24,000 bases of DNA from Peptacetobacter hiranonis (GTDB lineage Bacteria; Bacillota; Clostridia; Peptostreptococcales; Peptostreptococcaceae): positions 1,886,019-1,910,018 of the forward strand of contig NZ_CP036523.1 in the NCBI RefSeq assembly GCF_008151785.1, read 5' to 3'. The notes below the pieces were generated by a model that did no database searches, had not been told where the DNA came from, and worked only from the letters and a program-made list of their open reading frames with translations. A program made the translations under genes and the position numbers. This document shows positions 17,689 to 24,000 of the stretch, one piece after another. Each line of letters starts with the position of its first letter. Position 1 is the first letter of the stretch.

Positions 17689-17916
17689 ATTATCACCTCT
17701 AGTATTCTTTATTTTGTAAACAAGTTATTACTTTGATTTTGCATATATTAACATACTTCATTATTTAATGCTAGGATATGGCTAATCTTGTTATAATTTG
17801 TCATAGTTTGAGGTGATTTTTTAATAAATTAAATCAATTTTGTATTATTATTTAAATTTTATATGAATTATTATATTAAAATATAACAATTTTGTATTTT
17901 TTAAAACTAATTTTCT

Positions 17917-18393
17917 TTAAGATATAGCTATTCTCTTCACCTTATTCCAAACTTTTTTGTATCTTGGCTCTACAGTTTCTTTCATAGCACAAATTTTATC
18001 TGCCATACAAACTAGCCAAGCTTCTTTTGTTTTTGGAGGAACTGGAGTTAGTGGAAACATATGCTTCTTAATTATATCTTCTTCTATTTCTGAAATATCA
18101 AAATCTCTCATAGCATTTTTTAAAGATTTCATTGGATGGAAAAATCCATGCCACTTGTGACTATCATCCTTTTCATGCCAATCATATAAAAAATAATCGT
18201 GAAGCAACGCACCTCTGATAAGTGCTTCTTCGTCTACATATATATTAAATTTTTCAGCAAGTTCTAAACTCTTTTTAGCAACTAATATACTATGCTCATA
18301 TACAGAAACATCTCCATGCTGAATGAAATTTTTAGTTTCTTTAAATCTACCTTTTTCTTCTAATATTTGTATCATGTCGTTTATTTTTTTCAT
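17917..18393 (-). CDS. HD-domain metal-dependent phosphohydrolase
   Basis: H...HD signature (YEHSILVA ... ALLHDYFLYDWH). I moved the start to ATG 18393, which lies 7 nt after an AAAGGGGG SD; the track ORF starts at 18414. Confidence 0.75.
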   Translation of the reverse strand: MKKINDMIQILEEKGRFKETKNFIQHGDVSVYEHSILVAKKSLELAEKFNIYVDEEALIRGALLHDYFLYDWHEKDDSHKWHGFFHPMKSLKNAMRDFDISEIEEDIIKKHMFPLTPVPPKTKEAWLVCMADKICAMKETVEPRYKKVWNKVKRIAIS

Positions 18394-18503
18394 AAGCATG
18401 CCCCCTTTGTTCATACTTATATTAACATTTTTTCCTTAATTAGTTCTAAAGTTTTTATAAAAAATAATTAATTATTGTAAACTTATTTTGAAATATTTTC
18501 TAA

Positions 18504-19361
18504 TTATTTTTCATCTACTTCTTTTTCTTGTTCTAGCTTTTCTTTATCTAATTTTGCATAATACTCTTTAGCTTCTTTATCTGCTTTTTTAACTTTTTCA
18601 ACTAAATCATCTTTATAAATATCATCGTAATTAAAGTTTATTATATTTAATTCACCCTTAGGCACACTGCCTGTTTCTGTTTTACTATGTCTTAAAGTCA
18701 AATCTATAGCTCTAAAAGGAGCACCTGCCTCATCAAATTCTTCTCTAACATACTTTAAAATATTTGCTGCATTTTTAGGACTAATATCGTCAGTTTCAAC
18801 ATAAATAATTATATGCCCTACTGACCTCCCTAATTTTCTAATATCATAAAGCTTATCTACCTCTAAACTCTCTTGCACCATAGCATACTCTGGTATATCA
18901 TCATCTTCACTTTCATAATCTATGCTATTTTTTGTACGTATTTCTAGTGCTCCATAGTATATATCTCCTTTATATTTAAGCATTATCTTTTCTAAAATAG
19001 GATCAGTTAATTTTCTATATTCATTGTTTAACCTATCCGCAGTATTGTATCCATCAGTTATACTAGCATAATTATCGTATTCTAGTTTTCCAAACATATT
19101 AATACTCAAGTTAAATTTACTATCTATGCTACTTGGTGAGCTTATTCTAGCATGATAATATCCATCTTTAAAACTATAAACAACGTCATTTATCTGATAA
19201 TCCTTGTTTTTGTACTTTGTTTTTAATATTTCTTCTGCAGTATTTTGAGCAAGCATCTTTGAAACTGGATTTCCCATAAATGCATTTGCAAATCCAACAA
19301 GTCCTATAATCATAGCTATTGCGACAATAACAGCCAATCTTTTCCAAAATTTTTTAGTCAT
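18504..19361 (-). CDS. Membrane-anchored protein of unknown function; third gene of the ECF sigma operon
   Basis: About 285 aa with one N-terminal TM helix (LAVIVAIAMIIGLVGFANAF), a predicted extracytoplasmic domain and a Lys/Glu-rich C-terminal tail. I prefer ATG 19361, 9 nt after AAGGAG, which is embedded in the end of the anti-sigma gene. No family was recognised with confidence. Confidence 0.6.
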   Translation of the reverse strand: MTKKFWKRLAVIVAIAMIIGLVGFANAFMGNPVSKMLAQNTAEEILKTKYKNKDYQINDVVYSFKDGYYHARISSPSSIDSKFNLSINMFGKLEYDNYASITDGYNTADRLNNEYRKLTDPILEKIMLKYKGDIYYGALEIRTKNSIDYESEDDDIPEYAMVQESLEVDKLYDIRKLGRSVGHIIIYVETDDISPKNAANILKYVREEFDEAGAPFRAIDLTLRHSKTETGSVPKGELNIINFNYDDIYKDDLVEKVKKADKEAKEYYAKLDKEKLEQEKEVDEK

Positions 19362-19367
19362 ATTCAC

Positions 19368-19931
19368 CTACTCCTTTCTCAATCCAAAATGTAGTAGTCC
19401 TGCAATTATAGTTCCAATAATTGCAAACAAAGAGTATATAGCTCCCCACATAACCATTGATGCTATATCTAGATGCTCTACTCCCCTAAAAAATCCTATT
19501 CCATTGATTATAAAATTGCTTATTACAATGATACAAGGCACTGTATATGCAGCTTTCCAATGGAATAAATAATATCCAAAAGCTCCTATTATAGGCATAA
19601 TAAACGAATTTAGAAACATTTCTTCACTAGCTGTCAAACTAAGACCAAAGAAAATACCAAATATAATTATCATACCCAAATATTTATTTATTTTCTTTTC
19701 AACCTTTTTAGCTGCTTTATCTATGTTTATTGATTGAGGGTTTATTATTTGAGAATTCTTATTATCTTCTGTTATATTTTTGTTATTTGTATACATTTCA
19801 TCATATATTTTTTTACAACTTTCACACTCTGAAATATGCTTCATGACAGCATTTTCACTATCCTCACTTGCTACACCATCCCGAACAAGTGGCATTAAGT
19901 CCATACAAATATCACAAGTAATTTTAGTCAT
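19368..19931 (-). CDS. Anti-sigma factor: zf-HC2 zinc-finger N-terminus with a polytopic membrane C-terminus
   Basis: CDICMDLMPLVRDGVASEDSENAVMKHISECESCKKIYDEM is the zf-HC2 pattern (C-x2-C ... H-x3-C-x2-C), followed by several TM helices. The start overlaps the sigma stop by 8 nt (ATGACTAA), which suggests translational coupling. Confidence 0.75.
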   Translation of the reverse strand: MTKITCDICMDLMPLVRDGVASEDSENAVMKHISECESCKKIYDEMYTNNKNITEDNKNSQIINPQSINIDKAAKKVEKKINKYLGMIIIFGIFFGLSLTASEEMFLNSFIMPIIGAFGYYLFHWKAAYTVPCIIVISNFIINGIGFFRGVEHLDIASMVMWGAIYSLFAIIGTIIAGLLHFGLRKE

Positions 19932-20472
19932 TTTTAAATCCCTCCTTCTCTAATATTTTCTTTAGTTTGTTTTTAGTTCTAAAGAATACTACTCTAGCTG
20001 AACTTTCAGAAATATTGCATATTGCTGCAATTTCAACGTATGAATATCCATCTATTCTCATATTGAATATTTTTCTGCTAAGTTCTGATTCTGATTTAAG
20101 TATTTCTGATATAGCTTGTTTTAATTCTTTGTAAAAAATTTCTTCATTTATATTTCCTAATGAGTTATTTTTATTTTCTACTATATTTTTATTAATCTCT
20201 AAAATATTATAATCATATAAATCATGTAAACTCTCTGCTTTTATTTGAGTTGATTTTTTTCTTAAGTATGTATACCATTTATGTCTTGCTATGGAGAATA
20301 ACCATGTTTTTATATCCGACTCTCCTCTAAATGTCGCTATTGATTTTACCACTTCAACGAATACTTCTGATGTTATTTCTTCTGAAACGGAAGTATCTCG
20401 ACAAAGGCTGTATATGTATTTGTAGATATCTTTGTAGTATTGATTGAATAGTTCTTGGATAAGCTCTTTCAT
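19924..20472 (-). CDS. ECF-type (sigma-70 family) RNA polymerase sigma factor
   Basis: Region 2 (FVEVVKSIATFRGESDIKTWLFSIARHKWYTYLRK) and region 4 HTH (YSYVEIAAICNISESSARVVFFRTKNKLKKIL) are present. I placed the start at ATG 20472, 6 nt after the AAAGGAGGA SD; the track ORF starts at 20490. Confidence 0.85.
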   Translation of the reverse strand: MKELIQELFNQYYKDIYKYIYSLCRDTSVSEEITSEVFVEVVKSIATFRGESDIKTWLFSIARHKWYTYLRKKSTQIKAESLHDLYDYNILEINKNIVENKNNSLGNINEEIFYKELKQAISEILKSESELSRKIFNMRIDGYSYVEIAAICNISESSARVVFFRTKNKLKKILEKEGFKND

Positions 20473-20497
20473 CGGGATTCCTCCTTTCATTAGATTA

Positions 20498-20523
20498 GTC
20501 GTTTTGTAAGTGGTTTTTGTTAC
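20498..20523 (-). promoter_or_regulatory. Candidate ECF-type autoregulated promoter (GTAAC-17 nt-CGAC)
   Basis: The minus strand reads tGTAACaaaaaccacttacaaaaCGACtaa about 25 nt upstream of the sigma SD. It resembles the AAC / CGT-type ECF promoter pattern. Confidence 0.3.
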
Positions 20524-20608
20524 AAGATTTTAGAAATTTTTTTGTTTTTTATTTAATATTAGCACAATGTTAATAAAGTTAGTAAAATTATATTTTCTAT
20601 TTTTTTCA

Positions 20609-20645
20609 TAAAAAAAAGTGTGTAGCTATAAACTAACTACACACT
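20609..20645 (-). terminator. Intrinsic terminator downstream of ddh
   Basis: AGTGTGTAG (20617-20625) / CTACACACT (20637-20645), with an A8 run on the plus strand, which is a T-run on the minus strand after the stem. Confidence 0.75.
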
Positions 20646-20666
20646 ATAAATTACTTAATTATAACA

Positions 20667-21650
20667 TTATAACATTTTTGCTCTTAATTCTTCATTTGAT
20701 AATGGATGTAAATAACTTGGAGCTACATCAAATGGAGTTTTGCATCCCTTCATACCTTCCTGATTCATACGGTATGCTGCTCTAGCATAAGCAACTAACA
20801 CACTTGAAGTGAATTCTGGGTTAGAATCAAGCTGTAAGCTGTATTCTATAACATGTTTATTTTCATTTTCCCATCCAGTTGTACCACTGTATATTACAAA
20901 TCCACCATGAGGTATTCCACCATGTTCTCTCTGAAGTGTTTCTTCATCTATGAAATGTACTGTTGTATCATATTCATCGAAGTAGTTAGGCATTGTAACT
21001 ATTTCTTCTCTAATTCTATCTAAATCTGCACCTTCTTCTGCTACAGCAAATACTTCTCTTGTATGTTTCTGACGAGTAGTTAGTGTTGGATTGGCTCCAC
21101 TTCTAACTGCATCTAATGCTTCTGGTACAGGTATTGTGTACTGTCTAGCATCTTTTATACCTTCAACACGTCTTACTGCATCACTGTGTCCCTGGCTAAC
21201 ACCTTTTCCCCAGAATGTATATGCTTCCCCTTCTGGTAATATTGCACTAGCGTAAACACGATTTAGTGAGAACATACCTGGATCCCATCCAGTAGATATC
21301 ACTGCTATTTTATTTGACTCTTTACATTCTGCATCAACTGCTGCAAAATGTTCTGGTATTCTTGCATGTGTATCAAAACTATCAACTACATTGAAGTATT
21401 TAGCAAATTCTTTAGTCTGTTCTGGTAAATCTTTTGCACTTCCTCCACATAATACCATAACATCTATATCATCTTTCATATTTGCTGCATCTTCCATTTT
21501 ATATACAGGAATATTTGCATCATGTGGATGTATGCTGCTAGGATCTCTTCTTGAGAATATCCCTACTATTTCCATATCTTTTGTTTTACTTACGGCTGAT
21601 TCTACACCTTTTCCAAGGTTTCCATAGCCAACTATTCCAACTCTTATCAT
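20667..21650 (-). CDS. ddh: meso-Diaminopimelate D-dehydrogenase
   Basis: The N-terminus MIRVGIVGYGNLGKGVE...VGIFSRR and the overall length of about 327 aa closely resemble the Ddh family. I placed the start at ATG 21650, 8 nt after GGAGG; the track ORF starts at 21665. Confidence 0.85.
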   Translation of the reverse strand: MIRVGIVGYGNLGKGVESAVSKTKDMEIVGIFSRRDPSSIHPHDANIPVYKMEDAANMKDDIDVMVLCGGSAKDLPEQTKEFAKYFNVVDSFDTHARIPEHFAAVDAECKESNKIAVISTGWDPGMFSLNRVYASAILPEGEAYTFWGKGVSQGHSDAVRRVEGIKDARQYTIPVPEALDAVRSGANPTLTTRQKHTREVFAVAEEGADLDRIREEIVTMPNYFDEYDTTVHFIDEETLQREHGGIPHGGFVIYSGTTGWENENKHVIEYSLQLDSNPEFTSSVLVAYARAAYRMNQEGMKGCKTPFDVAPSYLHPLSNEELRAKML

Positions 21651-21807
21651 CGTCAAAACCTCCATTGTTTATAAATATAGTATAATAATATCACTAATTC
21701 TTTTTATTTGTATATATATTTTTTTAAAAATTTTGAAACTATTATGAGCAAATTTTTCAATTTTTTCGCAAATATTTAATACCCTTCAACTTCTTCTTTC
21801 AAACATA

Positions 21808-21842
21808 CAAAAAGACAACTAATATTTTTAACTAGTTGTCTT
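21808..21842 (-). terminator. Intrinsic terminator downstream of the vWA gene
   Basis: AAGACAACTA (21812-21821) / TAGTTGTCTT (21833-21842), a 10-bp perfect stem. The A-run on the plus side gives a T-run on the minus strand. Confidence 0.75.
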
Positions 21843-21858
21843 TATATTCTATAATTAT

Positions 21859-22503
21859 TTATTTTCTATCTTTTAAATCTTTTTCAATATTTCTTTTCCA
21901 ATCACCACTTAATTTTTCATCGCAGCATCTCATCATTTTAACAGCATCAGAAACTGCTTCATAATTTAATTCTATTCCTTTTTCGTCACAACAAAACTCA
22001 ACTGCATAATCTTCTTCAATTCCAAGATTTTTAGCCTCACCTATTGCATCTATATTCGCACCTAAGAAAAGAAACTCCCAATTATTTTCTTCTTTAGCTC
22101 TTTCAATTAATCTTTTAACATCATGATATCTGTATTTTTCACTGGCATTTTCAAGTCCATCTGTCATAATAACGAAAACAGTTTTTTCAGGAATATCTTC
22201 TTTTCTTGCATATTTGTGAATATTTCTTATATGTTTTATAGAATCTCCAACAGCGTCCAAAAGTGCTGTACAACTCATACAAACATAATCATCCTCTGTA
22301 AGTTCTTTAACTTCCTTTATATCAACTCTATCCAAAACCACATCTTGATTATCATTAAAAAATACAACAGATACAAGAGCATCTCCTTCTTCTTTTTTCT
22401 GTTTCTTTATAAGTGAATTAAATCCATCTATTGTATCACCTTCTAATCCACTCATAGATCCTGATTTATCAATTATAAATACTAGTTCAGTCAAATTTTT
22501 CAT
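21859..22503 (-). CDS. Small cytoplasmic von Willebrand factor A (vWA) domain protein with a duplicated CCDEK motif at the C-terminus
   Basis: MIDAS motif DKSGSMSG near the N-terminus (LVFIIDKSGSMSG), with later TDGLEN. The C-terminus has FCCDEKG...RCCDEKL. I placed the start at ATG 22503; the track ORF starts at 22518. Confidence 0.75.
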   Translation of the reverse strand: MKNLTELVFIIDKSGSMSGLEGDTIDGFNSLIKKQKKEEGDALVSVVFFNDNQDVVLDRVDIKEVKELTEDDYVCMSCTALLDAVGDSIKHIRNIHKYARKEDIPEKTVFVIMTDGLENASEKYRYHDVKRLIERAKEENNWEFLFLGANIDAIGEAKNLGIEEDYAVEFCCDEKGIELNYEAVSDAVKMMRCCDEKLSGDWKRNIEKDLKDRK

Positions 22504-22655
22504 ACTACCATCTCCCATTTATATTTTTTATCTATATTCACAGTATAGAATATTTCAAAATACAAATGGTCGCATGGTAGGTGACAATTAAAAATCGACC
22601 TATATATTATAAATCTAACAAGATATTCAATAAATCTAATAATCTATTTTTTAAT

Positions 22656-23216
22656 CTAACATCCTATTAAATTTTCTCCAAAATCATATAAAATATCATT
22701 TACTTCTAATACATCATATATTTTATTTTCTATACAATATTCAATTATAATATCAAATCTACTACTATGTGTTAACTTATATCCAGCCTTACCAATAAAA
22801 TCATCTGTTTCATCCAAATCTAATTCAAAAGCTAATGCAAATGCAATTGCAGTTATTTTGCTAGGCCTATAATCTGGATTATTCTTTATCTTTGAAAAAT
22901 GTTTTCTATCTATATTAGCCTTTCTATAAACATCTGATGTCTTAAGATTTCTTTTTTCTATAATAGAAAGAAGCTCCTCCGAAAAAGATTTCTCTAACTG
23001 TTGCTCCAAATCATACTCAGATATTTTTCTTCTACTCTTTAGGAAATCTTGCATCTCACAAATTTCTGAATCATCATCAATTTGCAAACATTTATCCTCT
23101 GAATTTAAATTACATATAATAATCTCACTATCAGAAAATAGATATTCACCTATATATCTATCTTTTATATATTTTTCTATTTCACAAAAGAGCTTCTTAT
23201 TTATTTTACTGTTCAT
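22656..23216 (-). CDS. HTH (XRE-like) domain protein with an uncharacterised N-terminal extension
   Basis: 186 aa. The central segment LLSIIEKRNLKTSDVYRKANIDRKHFSKIKNN fits an XRE-type helix-turn-helix. The gene lies 15 nt downstream of the ATP-grasp gene, so co-transcription is likely. Confidence 0.55.
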   Translation of the reverse strand: MNSKINKKLFCEIEKYIKDRYIGEYLFSDSEIIICNLNSEDKCLQIDDDSEICEMQDFLKSRRKISEYDLEQQLEKSFSEELLSIIEKRNLKTSDVYRKANIDRKHFSKIKNNPDYRPSKITAIAFALAFELDLDETDDFIGKAGYKLTHSSRFDIIIEYCIENKIYDVLEVNDILYDFGENLIGC

Positions 23217-23231
23217 AAATTTTTCTCCTTT

Positions 23232-24000
23232 TTAAAAACATCCATAAAATTCTTCTTCTGGTATATCTTGAAGTCCTGATACCTGCCCATCTCCAAGTTC
23301 CATAACTACAAGTTCATCATTTGATTTTCTAGCTAAATCTATAGTAACAAATCTACTATCAATTCTTTTACAAATTTCTTTGACCCATTTTATTTCATTA
23401 TCTGAAAGTCCTCCTTCAGAATGATGCCAATATGAGTCAATTATCAATGGTTCATTATCTAATACAAATACTCTATACTCATCAGAGATAGGCATACCAC
23501 TTTCTTTATGTTTACCAATAGATTTTAAATCAATAAATTCTCTAAGAACAATTCCTCCAGTTAATAAATCATCTTGTCTTTCTATAAAATTCTTTATAAC
23601 TTTTAATGCATTCTCTGTATCTTTTACATCTTCTATAAAACAAGCTTCATACCATTCGTGTTTTCTACTCTTTACATAATCTTTTACTATAACAGCTCCC
23701 TCAAACTTACTCAATAATTCTTTCAAAGATTCTTCAGAAAAATCTTCTGTCCATGCTGATTTCGCTGTGCAATCTTCAAAATCTTTATACCAATCTGGTA
23801 ATAAATGGTACTTATTATATTCATTAGGAGTATTAATTAATTCTATCCCTTTATTTTTAAGCTTTTCATAAAACTTTTGATACATATCAGGCTTCATCAT
23901 CCACCCTCTATAAATCGTACTTCCTTCTATATTTCCATTAAATAAACGTAATTTACCAAACTCTAAATCCTCGTAACTAAACAGTGACGTTTCAAATCCT
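23232..24000 (-). CDS. ATP-grasp domain protein (R2K-clade / DUF4343-like); its N-terminus lies beyond the right edge of the window
   Basis: The track ORF starts at 23900, but the same frame stays open to position 24000 (GFETSLFSYEDLEFGKLRLFNGNIEGSTIYRGW-MMKPD...), so the gene is truncated by the window. YRGWM, VIVKDYVKS and the C-terminal VMELGDGQVSG fit this ATP-grasp family as I recall it. Confidence 0.6.
   Translation of the reverse strand, partial: GFETSLFSYEDLEFGKLRLFNGNIEGSTIYRGWMMKPDMYQKFYEKLKNKGIELINTPNEYNKYHLLPDWYKDFEDCTAKSAWTEDFSEESLKELLSKFEGAVIVKDYVKSRKHEWYEACFIEDVKDTENALKVIKNFIERQDDLLTGGIVLREFIDLKSIGKHKESGMPISDEYRVFVLDNEPLIIDSYWHHSEGGLSDNEIKWVKEICKRIDSRFVTIDLARKSNDELVVMELGDGQVSGLQDIPEEEFYGCF

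Overview
This is a strongly AT-rich, gene-dense chromosomal segment. It looks like a low-GC Firmicute of the Clostridia type, judging by a SigI/RsgI pair, an ECF sigma module, lipoprotein solute-binding proteins and CodY-like boxes. All product calls rest on by-eye motif recognition; no database search or RNA folding was run.

Gene content, left to right:
- NfeD plus SPFH membrane pair (SPFH truncated at the left edge)
- nnr
- sigI-rsgI
- ABC importer of the COG4120 permease / COG1101 ATPase / COG2984 lipoprotein-SBP type, with a second paralogous SBP gene
- one IS3-family insertion sequence
- large secreted YgjK/GH63-like glycoside hydrolase
- dut
- topB
- PIG-L-type deacetylase
- HD phosphohydrolase
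- three-gene ECF sigma / anti-sigma / membrane-protein operon
- ddh
- vWA protein
- HTH protein plus an R2K-type ATP-grasp protein (truncated at the right edge)

No rRNA, tRNA or CRISPR array was seen.

The most interesting signal is non-coding. Both the importer operon and the extra SBP gene are preceded by long leaders of about 300-430 nt with the same architecture:
- a near-consensus sigma-A promoter
- a strong SD with a tiny ORF rich in tyrosine codons (MKTLKNKQRRFYYSHY and MKTRLYYYYYNLYI)
- a structured spacer
- two tandem intrinsic terminators whose arms share the motif GCCRCAUAG

The segments can be chained into mutually exclusive helices, and the two copies show compensatory changes. 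I read this as a Tyr-sensing, ribosome-mediated transcription attenuator. That mechanism is rare in Firmicutes, which normally use T-boxes. It would imply that this is a tyrosine importer.

Secondary observations:
- the IS element sits inside the hairpin of a bidirectional terminator
- RsgI carries an extreme poly-Asp/Asn tail
- the glycosidase gene has a leader containing terminator-like hairpins
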